Shown: positions 45,401 through 59,500 of the stretch, piece after piece
How positions within the stretch are numbered: position 1 is the stretch's first letter
Layout of the letters: the number at the start of each line of letters is the position of its first letter
Source of the DNA: Nemertoderma westbladi
Taxonomy: Eukaryota > Animalia > Xenacoelomorpha
Direction of reading: 5' to 3'
DNA length: 64,000 bases
NCBI GenBank assembly: GCA_032718475.1
Contig: JAUCBJ010002682.1
Location: forward strand, 1-64,000
Made by a program: the position numbers and the translations under genes
The notes under the pieces: model-generated
Database searches by the model: none
What the model was told of the DNA's origin: nothing
What the model saw: the letters and a program-made list of their open reading frames with translations, nothing else

Positions 45401-47367
45401 CTCTAAGTGTGTGTAGCGAACAATATCGAGCAGCCAGTTATACTTACTGTCCTCTAAGCGAGTGTAGCAAACAATATCGAGCAGCCAGTTATACTTACTG
45501 TCCTCTATAAGCGTGTGTAGGAAACAATATCGAGCAGCCAGTTATACTTACTGTCCTCTATAAGCGTGTGTAGCGAACAATATCGAGCAGCCAGTTATAC
45601 TTACTGTCCTCTAAGCGTGTGTAGCAAACAATATCGAGCAGCCAGTTATACTTACTGTCCTCTAAGCGTGTGTGTGTAGCGAACAATATCGAGCAGCCAG
45701 TTATACTTACTGTCCTCTAACCGTGTGTAGCAAACAATATCGAGCAGCCAGTTATACTTACTGTCCTCTAAGCGTGTGTAGCGAACAATATCGAGCAGCC
45801 AGTTATACTTACTGTCCTCTAAGCGTGTGTAGCAAACAATATCGAGCAGCCAGTTATACTTACTGTCCTCTAACCGTGTGTAGCAAACAATATCGAGCAG
45901 CCAGTTATACTTACTGTCCTCTAAGCGTGTGTAGCGAACAATATCGAGCAGCCAGTTATACTTACTGTCCTCTAAGCTTGTGTAGCAAACAATATCGAGC
46001 AGCCAGTTATACTTACTGTCCTCTAACCGTGTGTAGCAAACAATATCGAGCAGCCAGTTATACTTACTGTCCTCTAAGCGTGTGTAGCGAACAATATCGA
46101 GCAGCCAGTTATACTTACTGTCCTCTAAGCGTGTGTAGCAAACAATATCGAGCAGCCAGTTATACTTACTGTCCTCTAACCGTGTGTAGCAAACAATATC
46201 GAGCAGCCAGTTATACTTACTGTCCTCTAAGCGTGTGTAGCAAACAATATCGAGCAGCCAGTTATACTTACTGTCCTCTAAGCGTGTGTAGCGAACAATA
46301 TCGAGCAGCCAGTTATACTTACTGTCCTCTAAGCGTGTGTAGCGAACAATATCGAGCAGCCAGTTATACTTACTGTCCTCTAAGCGAGTGTAGCAAACAA
46401 TATCGAGCAGCCAGTTATACTTACTGTCCTCTAAGCGTGTGTAGCAAACAATATCGAGCAGCCAGTTATACTTACTGTCCTCTAAGCGTGTGTAGCGAAC
46501 AATATCGAGCAGCCAGTTATACTTACTGTCCTCTAAGCGTGTGTAGCAAACAATATCGAGCAGCCAGTTATACTTACTGTCCTCTAAGCGTGTGTTAGCG
46601 AACAATATCGAGCAGCCAGTTATACTTACTGTCCTCTAACCGTGTGTAGCAAACAATATCGAGCAGCCAGTTATACTTACTGTCCTCTAAGCGTGTGTAG
46701 CGAACAATATCGAGCAGCCAGTTATACTTACTGTCCTCTAAGCGTGTGTAGCAAACAATATCGAGCAGCCAGTTATACTTACTGTCCTCTAACCGTGTGT
46801 AGCAAACAATATCGAGCAGCCAGTTATACTTACTGTCCTCTAAGCGTGTGTAGCAAACAATATCGAGCAGCCAGTTATACTTACTGTCCTCTAAGCGTGT
46901 GTAGCGAACAATATCGAGCAGCCAGTTATACTTACTGTCCTCTAAGCGTGTGTAGCAAACAATATCGAGCAGCCAGTTATACTTACTGTCCTCTAAGCGT
47001 GTGTAGCAAACAATATCGAGCAGCCAGTTATACTTACTGTCCTCTAAGCGTGTGTAGCGAACAATATCGAGCAGCCAGTTATACTTACTGTCCTCTAAGC
47101 GTGTGTAGCAAACAATATCGAGCAGCCAGTTATACTTACTGTCCTCTAAGCGTGTGTAGCGAAACAATATCGAGCAGCCAGTTATACTTACTGTCCTCTA
47201 AGCGTGTGTAGCGAACAATATCGAGCAGCCAGTTATACTTACTGTCCTCTAAGCGTGTGTAGCAAACAATATCGAGCAGCCAGTTATACTTACTGTCCTC
47301 TAAGCGTGTGTAGCGAACAATATCGAGCAGCCAGTTATACTTACTGTCCTCTAAGCGTGTGTAGCAG
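42467..47367. repeat. Satellite 3: ~4.9 kb, 51-bp unit derived from the exon end and 5' splice site of the adjacent exon
   Basis: Unit GC(G/A)AACAATATCGAGCAGCCAGTTATACTTACTGTCCTCTAAGCGTGTGTA; minus strand contains ...AGAGGACA|GTAAGT. Confidence 0.97.
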
Positions 47368-47562
47368 AAGTGTAACGAAGGTAGAAATAGCCGGACACAC
47401 GCAATTATTCGCGAGCAGGGCGTATTTAAACTCGTCCTCGCAGACAACGTTTTCCGCAAAGTTTACGTGGAATTTGTTTTCTGCGCGGAGTATTTGAACG
47501 TAGAGGGGACAGTTTGGAGCGAAATCTTTAACCGCCCAGGACCGAAGAATAGTTGCCTGGTC
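47345..47562 (-). CDS. slo2: Slo2/KCNT exon ([73 protein letters not shown])
   Basis: Manual translation near-identical to the KCNT RCK1 region [33 protein letters not shown]; TTTTCAG/GTAAGT, phase 0/2. Confidence 0.95.
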
Positions 47563-48008
47563 CTGAAAATAATTAAATTAATTACCGATTGAGTTTGTGA
47601 CAGAGGCAGGAAACAATCTCAGTTCGATACTGATATATTTCAGAAGAAAGTAGAGTAGGTTAGTTGATGGGTTGATTACGTTGATTTTTTACATTCACAG
47701 TATATTCTATTGTTTGAGAAAAAATAATTGAGATAAATTACCAATTTAAGCTATACAAATAATTATAAGTATAGTAGGTTTATTTTAACTAACTTATCTT
47801 CCTAACAAAACCAGAATTGTAGGTGGGCATGTCCGCATGTCCCCACACAGGCATTATCGATTTTTCTGAAGTACAATCTGTTGAGCTGTTTCTACCAAAC
47901 AAAGTTTATTGTTAGCAGATCTACAGTACCCGCTGCTCTTAGTAGCTGCAACTTTTGGGACCAAATCATCACAACGATCTAATTGACCATACCGGTAGGC
48001 GTACTAAC

Positions 48009-48209
48009 CGCTCCGTTTCTGTCCTTGGCGTGCCGTTCAGCCAATAGGAAGCAGCTCTCCGCATGGTCCATCCTCACACGGGCAAGATCCTGGTCTTTCA
48101 GAGCGGAGCCCTGGATGTACATAACGCGTTGGGCCCAAATGGGAACTTGGAGGATCATCTTTATCGTGTGGTCGAGTTCTACTGGTGACATCAGTACCAC
48201 GTAGTAATC
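48009..48209 (-). CDS. slo2: Slo2/KCNT exon (DYYVVLMSPVELD...QVPIWAQRVMYIQGSALKDQDLARVRMDHAESCFLLAERHAKDRNGA)
   Basis: KCNT motif W.QRVIY.QGSALKDQDL.R; TAG/GTTAGT, phase 0/0. Confidence 0.94.
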
Positions 48210-48670
48210 CTATATAAAGCGACGATGACATAAAATGACTAAATATGATTTAAAAATGGATGTATTTTAGAACTTGCAGAGCCGTTGTTTCACAAAGCTA
48301 TGGCACCATACAGTATCTTACTTACCTGCGACATTTTGCAAAAATATAATTGAGGTCGGATATAATTTTGGAAGTCGGAAATTAAAACGAGTCACGGATG
48401 TAACGTAAAGTTAATTAATTTAAAAGTTAAAGTAAATTTCGGATCATGTCTGATTACGTATAGTTGTGTCGTATGGTTACGGTTGTGGTGATACTAAACC
48501 TAATCAATGCCTCAATTCTCATAAATAAACTATATTTTATGATGGAATGTAGTCCTATTAACTACTAAAGTGTAGCCGATAGTCCAGCTAAATAAACGTG
48601 TTTAATGGGCATGTACAGTATGTAACTGGCCCAATTCAAATGGACAGGGTAGATTTCCCAGTTGCCCCAC

Positions 48671-48835
48671 CTGCAGCAGTGTATGAGCGTAGAACTCATT
48701 AAGGAAATCGATAACAGTGTCCGCTTTCAGTTGCGTTGCACAGAGAACTACGTGCTTCTCGCTCATTGCCCGTTGCAGACTGTACACAGTGGACGTCTTC
48801 TGTCGTTCTTTCATAAAGTAAACCATCTGATCTAA
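48671..48835 (-). CDS. slo2: Slo2/KCNT exon (LDQMVYFMKERQK...EKHVVLCATQLKADTVIDFLNEFYAHTLLQ)
   Basis: KCNT motif ERQK...EKHVVLC...DFLNEFYAHP.LQ; TTTCAG/GTGGGG, phase 0/0; upstream pore/TM exons not seen in window. Confidence 0.93.
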
Positions 48836-49760
48836 CTGAAATTCAAAGATTACAGGTAAGTAAGTTTATAAGCAAAGAACGGAAAATAAATTGAGCGAAT
48901 TTGAAACCTACTCTCTATCAATAATTACTAATCATCTTGTAGATAGAGTAATGTGGTTAACCAACCAGTATACAGTAAAATTGATTTATAAAGCAATCGA
49001 TAGAAACAGGTTAGTTTTACTTTTGGGAGTTATCTATCAGCTGTTCATTTACGACGATTTCCCCTGGGGAGGGATGAATTATCTGGAGAGGGTTATTCTG
49101 GAAATATTATGTGTGTGTGGGAATCTGGAAGTGTGCGTGCAAGTCTGTCCCATGATATCAACTTGGAGAGCGCGAATTTTGTTTCTATTGATATTTTGCG
49201 AACTTTTTCCACTTGCAAACTTTATTCTTTATAAACTACATAGATTACTGTATTATTACTATTATAGTTTGTAGGCCTACATGTATATAGATTAACAATT
49301 TAATTTATCCAAATATGCATATTGCGAAAATTCAATTATCTATAACAATTATACATAATCGAACATAATCGAATGTAATCGAATGTAACATGTATTCGAA
49401 TTATTAACATTTATTTTGTATATTAATTCATTTATAACTAAAAAGAATCGAATATGTAATATAATTTATTACTTAAAAATTATATAATTTGTATTATTTA
49501 CATTTACATGTAAATAATAACGTAACTAATAATCAGATACCATATTTTTTTCACTAAATTTTATGAGGAAAATTACTCAAATATGATGAAATATATCATT
49601 TAATTATCACCGAATACTGAGTAGTAAAGTAATCTAAAAACTTGAATTAACATAAATCCATTAACTGTAAATCAAACAAAGCTAACCATCATCGGCAACA
49701 AAATAACAACATAATATGAAGACGGACATATATGTACAATACAAAGGTAAAGATATCTCC

Positions 49761-49804
49761 GTCAAAGAGGCCGCCGGGGGATGGACATTGCCATGGTGGA
49801 TGCT
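49761..49804. repeat. Orphan degenerate unit of satellite 4
   Basis: GTCAAAGAGGCCGCCGGGGGATGGACATTGCCATGGTGGATGCT. Confidence 0.8.
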
Positions 49805-50535
49805 ACTACTACTAGGATCGGCATGCTGCATTGCAGCTGCATTTTTGAGAATGCTGTGCCGGCTTGTCAACAAAATTGCACCGCCACAACTCCCTATCAC
49901 CCATGACATTTGCTAGATCATCCGCATCTTTAAGGCCAGTGTCCTTTAAAATGCGTCTCAAGAAAGTCATGGGCTGTCCACCATGCTTATTCACTCCAGG
50001 AGGCTGCCAAAGTACAAGATTATGCACTGGCTGGTCCTCACGGCGAAAGCAATGTCCTGCAAAGCGGAGGCGATTTTGTTCTAGTGTCAAGCTTGGGGGA
50101 ACCAATGAGACACCTCCAATGTTATATAGTGTCTGGTTGGAGATGTGTGCATTGTACTTGACACAATGTACCCGGCGTAGCATTCTTGTGAATGTGCCAT
50201 CCAGAGATTTGGTGTCCTCAGCAGTTAGAGCCCAGCATGGACTCCCGTAGAGGAGTACTGGAACTACTGCTGCTCTAAATAATCGGACCTTAAGTTTCCG
50301 ATTAATTCTAGGTGACTTCCAAATCCTGGAAAGCCTATTCAAGGCTGCCCATGCCTTTCCCTTACGTATTCGAAGGTCCTCACCTGACTTCCGGATCCAT
50401 GATCCCAGGTAACAGAAGTCGTCCACATGCTCAAGCATACCATCCTTTGAGCTTATGCTCATCCGATCAGAGACTTGCTGAGGACTTTCAAAGTTAACTG
50501 TCAGAATTTTGGTCTTTCTGGAGTTAATAAAAAGT
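49805..50535 (-). mobile_element. 5'-truncated RTE-like non-LTR retrotransposon (C-terminal RT/thumb region) with (TAG)n tail
   Basis: INSRKTK..., VDDFCYLGSWI, RIRKGKAWAALNRLSRIWKS, LKVRLFRAAVVPVLLYGSPCW, RLRFAGHCFRR; stop TAG followed by TAG repeats. Confidence 0.85.
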
Positions 50536-53500
50536 TGCGTTGCCAACGAGGCCGCCGGGGGATGGACCAGCAGTAGCCATGATGGATGTTGCGTTGCCAA
50601 CGAGGCCGTCGGGGGATGGACCAGCAGTAGCCATGATGGATGCTGCGTTGCCAACGAGGCCGTCGGGGGTGGACCAGCAGTAGCCATGATGGATGCTGCG
50701 TTGCCAACGAGGCCTTTGGGGATGGACCAGCAGTAGCCATAATGGATGCTGCGTTGCCAACGAGGCCGCTGGAGGATGGACCAGCAGTAGCCATGATGGA
50801 TGCTGCGTTGCCAACGAGGCCGCCGGGGGATGGACCAGCAGTAGCCATGATGGATGCTGCGTTGCCAACGAGGCCGCCGGGGATGGACCAGCAGTAGCCA
50901 TGGTGGATGCTGCGTTGCCAACGAGGCCGTCGGGGATGGACCAGCAGTAGCCATGATGGATGCTGCGTTGCCAACGAGGCCGCCGGGGGATGGACCAGCA
51001 GTAGCCATGATGGATGCTGCGTTGCCAACGAGGCCGCCGGGGATGGACCAGCAGTAGCCATGATGGATGCTGCGTTGCCAACAAGGCCGCCGGGGGATGG
51101 ACCAGCAGTAGCCATGATGGATGCTGCGTTGCCAACGAGGCCGTCGGGGGATGGACCAGCAGTAGCCATGATGGATGCTGCGTTGCCAACGAGGCCGTCG
51201 GGGATGGACCAGCAGTAGCCATAATGGATGCTGCGTTGCCAACGAGGCCGCTCGGGGATGGACCAGCAGTAGCCATGATGGATGCTGCGTTGCCAACGAG
51301 GCCGCCGGGGGATGGACCAGCAGTAGCCATGATGGATGCTGCGTTGCCAACGAGGCCGCCGGGGATGGACCAGCAGTAGCCATGATGGATGCTGCGTTGT
51401 CAACGAGGCCGTCGGGGATGGACCAGCAGTAGCCATGATGGATGCTGCGTTGCCAACGAGGCCGCCGGGGGATGGACCAGCAGTAGCCATGATGGATGCT
51501 GCGTTGCCAACGAGGCCTTCGGGGATGGACCAGCAGTAGCCATGATGGATGCTGCGTTGCCAACAAGGCCGCCGGGGGATGGACCAGCAGTAGCCATGAT
51601 GGATGCTGCGTTGCCAACGAGGCCGTCGGGGGATGGACCAGCAGTAGCCATGATGGATGCTGCGTTGCCAACGAGGCCGTCGGGGATGGACCAGCAGTAG
51701 CCATAATGGATGCTGCGTTGCCAACGAGGCCTTCGAGGATGGACCAGCAGTAGCCATGATGGATGCTGCGTTGCCAACAAGGCCGCCGGGGGATGGACCA
51801 GCAGTAGCCATGATGGATGCTGCGTTGCCAACGAGGCCGCCGGGGGATGGACCGGCAGTAGCCATGATGGATGCTGCGTTGCCAACGAGGCCGCCGGTGG
51901 ATGGACCAGCAGTAGCCATGATGGATGTTGCGTTGCCAACGAGGCCTTCGAGGATGGACCAGCAGTAGCCATGATGGATGCTGCGTTGCCAACAAGGCCG
52001 CCGGGGGATGGACCAGCAGTAGCCATGATGGATGCTGCGTTGCCAACGAGGCCGTCGGGGGATGGACCAGCAGTAGCCATGATGGATGCTGCGTTGCCAA
52101 CGAGGCCGTCGGGGATGGACCAGCAGTAGCCATGATGGATGCTGCGTTGCCAACGAGGCCGCCGGGGGATGGACCAGCAGTAGCCATGATGGATGCTGCG
52201 TTGCCAACGAGGCCGCCGGGGGATGGACCGGCAGTAGCCATGATGGATGCTGCGTTGCCAACAAGGCCGCCGGGGGATGGACCAGCAGTAGCCATGATGG
52301 ATGCTGCGTTGCCAACGAGGCCGCCGGGGGATGGACCAGCAGTAGCCATGATGGATGCTGCGTTGCCAACTAGGCCGTCGGGGATGGACCAGCAGTAGCC
52401 ATAATGGATGCTGCGTTGTCAACGAGGCCGCCGGGGGATGGACCAGCAGTAGCCATGATGGATGCTGCGTTGCCAACGAGGCAGCCGGGGGATGGACCAG
52501 CAGTAGCCATGATGGATGCTGCGTTGCCAACGAGGCCGCCGGAGGATGGACCAGCAGTAGCCATGATGGATGCTGCGTTGCCAACGAGGCCGTCGGGGAT
52601 GGACCAGCAGTAGCCATGATGGATGCTGCGTTGCCAACGAGGCCGCCGGGGGATGGACCAGCAGTAGCCATGATGGATGCTGCGTTGCCAACGAGGCCGC
52701 CGGGGGATGGACCGGCAGTAGCCATGATGGATGCTGTGTTGCCAACGAGGCCGCCGGGGGATGGACCGGCAGTAGCCATGATGGATGCTGCGTTGCCAAC
52801 GAGGCCGCCGGTGGATGGACCAGCAGTAGCCATGATGGATGTTGCGTTGCCAACGAGGCCGTCGGGGATGGACCAGCAGTAGCCATGATGGATGCTGCGT
52901 TGCCAACGAGGCCTTCGGTGATGGACCAGCAGTAGCCATAATGGATGCTGCGTTGCCAACGAGGCCGCTGGAGGATGGACCAGCAGTAGCCATGATGGAT
53001 GCTGCGTTGCCAACGAGGCCGTCGGGGGATGGACCAGCAGTAGCCATGATGGATGCTGCGTTGCCAACGAGGCCGTCGGGGATGGACCAGCAGTGCCATA
53101 ATGGATGCTGCGTTGTCAACGAGGCCGCCGGGGGATGGACCAGCAGTAGCCATGATGGATGCTGCGTTGCCAACGAGGCCTTCGAGGATGGACCAGCAGT
53201 AGCCATGATGGATGCTGCGTTGCCAACGAGGCCTTCGAGGATGGACCAGCAGTAGCCATGATGGATGCTGCGTTGCCAACAAGGCCGCCGGGGGATGGAC
53301 CAGCAGTAGCCATGATGGATGCTGCGTTGCCAACGAGGCCGCCGGGGATGGACCAGCAGTAGCCATGATGGATGCTGCGTTGTCAACGAGGCCGTCGGGG
53401 ATGGACCAGCAGTAGCCATGATGGATGCTGCGTTGCCAACGAGGCCGCCGGGGGATGGACCAGCAGTAGCCATGATGGATGCTGCGTTGCCAACGAGGCC

Positions 53501-56500
53501 TTCGGGGATGGACCAGCAGTAGCCATGATGGATGCTGCGTTGCCAACAAGGCCGCCGGGGGATGGACCAGCAGTAGCCATGATGGATGCTGCGTTGCCAA
53601 CGAGGCCGCCGGGGGATGGACCAGCAGTAGCCATGATGGATGCTGCGTTGCCAACGAGGCCGTCGGGGATGGACCAGCAGTAGCCATAATGGATGCTGCG
53701 TTGCCAACGAGGCCTTCGAGGATGGACCAGCAGTAGCCATGATGGATGCTGCGTTGCCAACAAGGCCGCCGGGGGATGGACCAGCAGTAGCCATGATGGA
53801 TGCTGCGTTGCCAACGAGGCCGCCGGGGGATGGACCGGCAGTAGCCATGATGGATGCTGCGTTGCCAACGAGGCCGCCGGTGGATGGACCAGCAGTAGCC
53901 ATGATGGATGCTGCGTTGCCAACGAGGCCTTCGAGGATGGACCAGCAGTAGCCATGATGGATGCTGCGTTGCCAACAAGGCCGCCGGGGGATGGACCAGC
54001 AGTAGCCATGATGGATGCTGCGTTGCCAACGAGGCCGTCGGGGGATGGACCAGCAGTAGCCATGATGGATGCTGCGTTGCCAACGAGGCCGTCGGGGATG
54101 GACCAGCAGTAGCCATGATGGATGCTGCGTTGCCAACGAGGCCGCCGGGGGATGGACCAGCAGTAGCCATGATGGATGCTGCGTTGCCAACGAGGCCGCC
54201 GGGGGATGGACCAGCAGTAGCCATGATGGATGCTGCGTTGCCAACAAGGCCGCCGGGGGATGGACCAGCAGTAGCCATGATGGATGCTGCGTTGCCAACG
54301 AGGCCGCCGGGGGATGGACCAGCAGTAGCCATGATGGATGCTGCGTTGCCAACTAGGCCGTCGGGGATGGACCAGCAGTAGCCATAATGGATGCTGCGTT
54401 GTCAACGAGGCCGCCGGGGGATAGACCAGCAGTAGCCATGATGGATGCTGCGTTGCCAACGAGGAAGCCGGGGGATGGACCAGCAGTAGCCATGATGGAT
54501 GCTGCGTTGCCAACGAGGCCGCCGGAGGATGGACCAGCAGTAGCCATGATGGATGCTGCGTTGCCAACGAGGCCGTCGGGGATGGACCAGCAGTAGCCAT
54601 GATGGATGCTGCGTTGCCAACGAGGCCGCCGGGGGATGGACCAGCAGTAGCCATGATGGATGCTGCGTTGCCAACGAGGCCGCCGGGGGATGGACCGGCA
54701 GTAGCCATGATGGATGCTGTGTTGCCAACGAGGCCGCCGGGGGATGGACCGGCAGTAGCCATGATGGATGCTGCGTTGCCAACGAGGCCGCCGGTGGATG
54801 GACCAGCAGTAGCCATGATGGATGTTGCGTTGCCAACGAGGCCGTCGGGGATGGACCAGCAGTAGCCATGATGGATGCTGCGTTGCCAACGAGGCCTTCG
54901 GTGATGGACCAGCAGTAGCCATAATGGATGCTGCGTTGCCAACGAGGCCGCTGGAGGATGGACCAGCAGTAGCCATGATGGATGCTGCGTTGCCAACGAG
55001 GCCGTCGGGGGATGGACCAGCAGTAGCCATGATGGATGCTGCGTTGCCAACGAGGCCGTCGGGGATGGACCAGCAGTAGCCATAATGGATGCTGCGTTGT
55101 CAACGAGGCCGCCGGGGGATGGACCAGCAGTAGCCATGATGGATGCTGCGTTGCCAACGAGGCCTTCGGGGATGGACCAGCAGTAGCCATGATGGATGCT
55201 GCGTTGCCAACGAGGCCTTCGGGGATGGACCAGCAGTAGCCATGATGGATGCTGCGTTGCCAACAAGGCCGCCGGGGGATGGACCAGCAGTAGCCATGAT
55301 GGATGCTGCGTTGCCAACGAGGCCGCCGGGGGATGGACCAGCAGTAGCCATGATGGATGCTGCGTTGCCAACGAGGCCGCCGGTGGATGGACCAGCAGTA
55401 GCCATGATGGATGCTGCGTTGCCAACGAGGCCTTCGGGGATGGACCAGCAGTAGCCATGATGGATGCTGCGTTGCCAACGAGGCCGCCGGGGGATGGACC
55501 AGCAGTAGCCATGATGGATGCTGCGTTGCCAACGAGGCCGCCGGGGGATGGACCAGCAGTAGCCATGATGGATGCTGCGTTGCCAACGAGGCCGCCGGTG
55601 GATGGACCAGCAGTAGCCATGATGGATGCTGCGTTGCCAACGAGGCCGTCGGGGATGGACCAGCAGTAGCCATGATGGATGCTGCGTTGCCAACGAGGCC
55701 GCCGGGGGATGGACCAGCAGTAGCCATGATGGATGCTGCGTTGCCAACGAGGCCGCCGGGGGATGGACCAGCAGTAGCCATGATGGATGCTGCGTTGCCA
55801 ACGAGGCCGCCGGGGGATGGACCAGCAGTAGCCATGATGGATGCTGCGTTGCCAACGAGGCCGTCGGGGGATGGACCAGCAGTAGCCATGATGGATGCTG
55901 CGTTGCCAACGAGGCCGCCGGGGGATGGACCAGCAGTAGCCATGATGGATGCTGCGTTGCCAACGAGGCCGCCGGGGGATGGACCAGCAGTAGCCATGAT
56001 GGATGCTGCGTTGCCAACGAGGCCGTCGGGGATGGACCAGCAGTAGCCATAATGGATGCTGCGTTGCCAACAAGGCCGCCGGGGGATGGACCAGCAGTAG
56101 CCATAATGGATGCTGCGTTGTCAACGAGGCCGCCGGGGGATGGACCAGCAGTAGCCATGATGGATGCTGCGTTGCCAACGAGGCCTTCGAGGATGGACCA
56201 GCAGTAGCCATGATGGATGCTGCGTTGCCAACAAGGCCGCCGGGGGATGGACCAGCAGTAGCCATGATGGATGCTGCGTTGCCAACGAGGCCGCCGGGGT
56301 TGGACCAGCAGTAGCCATGATGGATGCTGCGTTGCCAACGAGGCCTTCGGTGATGGACCAGCAGTAGCCATGATGGATGCTGCGTTGCCAACTAGGCCGT
56401 CGGGGATGGACCAGCAGTAGCCATAATGGATGCTGCGTTGTCAACGAGGCCGCCGGGGGATGGACCAGCAGTTGCCATGATGGATGCTGCGTTGCCAACG

Positions 56501-59500
56501 AGGCCGTCGGGGATGGACCAGCAGTAGCCATGATGGATGCTGTGTTGCCAACGAGGCCTTCGGGGATGGACCAGCAGTAGCCATAATGGATGCTGCGTTG
56601 CCAACGAGGCCGCTGGAGGATGGACCAGCAGTACCCATGATGGATGCTGCGTTGCCAACGAGGCCGCCGGGGGATGGACCAGCAGTAGCCATGATGGATG
56701 CTGCGTTGCCAACGAGGCCGTCGGGGATGGACCAGCAGTAGCCATGATGGATGCTGCGTTGCCAACGAGGCCGCCGGGGGATGGACCAGCAGTAGCCATG
56801 ATGGATGCTGCGTTGCCAACGAGGCCTTCGGGGATGGACCAGCAGTAGCCATGATGGATGCTGCGTTGCCAACAAGGCCGCCGGGGGATGGACCAGCAGT
56901 AGCCATGATGGATGCTGCGTTGCCAACGAGGCCGTCGGGGGATGGACCAGCAGTAGCCATGATGGATGCTGCGTTGCCAACGAGGCCGTCGGGGATGGAC
57001 CAGCAGTGCCATAATGGATGCTGCATTGTCAACGAGGCCTTCGGGGATGGACCAGCAGTAGCCATAATGGATGCTGCGTTGCCAACGAGGCCTTCGGGGA
57101 TGGACCAGCAGTAGCCATGATGGATGCTGCGTTGCTAACAAGGCCGCCGGGGGATGGACCAGCAGTAGCCATGATGGATGCTGCGTTGCCAACGAGGCCG
57201 CCGGGGGATGGACCAGCAGTAGCCATGATGGATGCTGCGTTGCCAACTAGGCCGTCGGGGATGGACCAGCAGTAGCCATAATGGATGCTGCGTTGTCAAC
57301 GAGGCCGCCGGGGGATAGACCAGCAGTAGCCATGATGGATGCTGCGTTGCCAACGAGGAAGCCGGGGGATGGACCAGCAGTAGCCATGATGGATGCTGCG
57401 TTGCCAACGAGGCCGCCGGGGGATGGACCAGCAGTAGCCATGATGGATGCTGCGTTGCCAACGAGGCCGCCGGGGGATGGACCAGCAGTAGCCATGATGG
57501 ATGCTGCGTTGCCAACGAGGCCGCCGGGGGATGGACCAGCAGTAGCCATGATGGATGCTGCGTTGCCAACGAGGCCGCCGGGGGATGGACCGGCAGTAGC
57601 CATGATGGATGCTGTGTTGCCAACGAGGCCGCCGGGGGATGGACCGGCAGTAGCCATGATGGATGCTGCGTTGCCAACGAGGCCGCCGGTGGATGGACCA
57701 GCAGTAGCCATGATGGATGTTGCGTTGCCAACGAGGCCGTCGGGGATGGACCAGCAGTAGCCATGATGGATGCTGCGTTGCCAACGAGGCCTTCGGTGAT
57801 GGACCAGCAGTAGCCATAATGGATGCTGCGTTGCCAACGAGGCCGCTGGAGGATGGACCAGCAGTAGCCATGATGGATGCTGCGTTGCCAACGAGGCCGT
57901 CGGGGGATGGACCAGCAGTAGCCATGATGGATGCTGCGTTGCCAACGAGGCCTTCGAGGATGGACCAGCAGTAGCCATGATGGATGCTGCGTTGCCAACA
58001 AGGCCGCCGGGGGATGGACCAGCAGTAGCCATGATGGATGCTGCATTGTCAACGAGGCCGCTGGGGGATGGACCAGCAGTAGCCATGATGGATGCTGCGT
58101 TGTCAACTAGGCCGTCGGGGATGGACCAGCAGTGCCATAATGGATGCTGTGTTGCCAACGAGGCCGCCGGGGGATGGACCAGCAGTAGCCATGATGGATG
58201 CTGCGTTGCCAACGAGGCCGCCGGGGGATGGACCAGCAGTAGCCATGATGGATGCTGCGTTGCCAACGAGGCCGCCGGGGGATGGACCAGCAGTAGCCAT
58301 GATGGATGCTGCGTTGCCAACGAGGCCGCCGGGGGATGGACCGGCAGTAGCCATGATGGATGCTGCGTTGCCAACGAGGCCGCCGGTGGATGGACCAGCA
58401 GTAGCCATGATGGATGTTGCGTTGCCAACGAGGCCGTCGGGGATGGACCAGCAGTAGCCATGATGGATGCTGCGTTGCCAACGAGGCCTTCGGTGATGGA
58501 CCAGCAGTAGCCATAATGGATGCTGCGTTGCCAACGAGGCCGCTGGAGGATGGACCAGCAGTAGCCATGATGGATGCTGCGTTGCCAACGAGGCCGTCGG
58601 GGGATGGACCAGCAGTAGCCATAATGGATGCTGCGTTGCTAACTAGGCCGTCGGGGATGGACCAGCAGTAGCCATGATGGATGCTGCGTTGCCAACTAGG
58701 CCGTCGGGGATGGACCAGCAGTAGCCATGATGGATGCTGCGTTGCCAACTAGGCCGTCGGGGATGGACCAGCAGTAGCCATGATGGATGCTGCGTTGCCA
58801 ACGAGGCCGCTGGGGGATGGACCAGCAGTAGCCATGATGGATGCTGCGTTGCCAACAAGGCCGCCGGGGGATGGACCAGCAGTAGCCATGATGGATGCTG
58901 CGTTGCTAACGAGGCCGCCGGGGGATGGACCAGCAGTAGCCATGATGGATGCTGCGTTGCCAACGAGGCCGTCGGGGATGGACCAGCAGTGCCATAATGG
59001 ATGCTGCGTTGTCAACGAGGCCGCCGGGGGATGGACCAGCAGTAGCCATGATGGATGCTGCGTTGCCAACGAGGCCTTCGAGGATGGACCAGCAGTAGCC
59101 ATGATGGATGCTGCGTTGCCAACAAGGCCGCCGGGGGATGGACCAGCAGTAGCCATGATGGATGCTGCATTGCCAACGAGGCCGCCGGGGTTGGACCAGC
59201 AGTAGCCATGATGGATGCTGCGTTGCCAACGAGGCCTTCGGTGATGGACCAGCAGTAGCCATGATGGATGCTGCGTTGCCAACTAGGCCGTCGGGGATGG
59301 ACCAGCAGTAGCCATGATGGATGCTGCGTTGCCAACGAGGCCGTCGGGGATGGACCAGCAGTAGCCATGATGGATGCTGTGTTGCCAACGAGGCCTTCGG
59401 GGATGGACCAGCAGTAGCCATAATGGATGCTGCGTTGCCAACGAGGCCGCTGGAGGATGGACCAGCAGTACCCATGATGGATGCTGCGTTGCCAACGAGG

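Noticed and set aside
42418-47497. Repetitive Cys/Tyr-rich ORFs on both strands (up to 317 aa)
   Set aside because: Consequence of a 51-bp (17-codon) unit; the true exon frame stops at CAG-TAA.
49812-52349. 845-aa ORF fusing satellite 4 to an RT C-terminus, and other satellite ORFs up to 1002 aa
   Set aside because: Chance read-through from a stop-poor satellite into a 5'-truncated LINE lacking the catalytic RT core.
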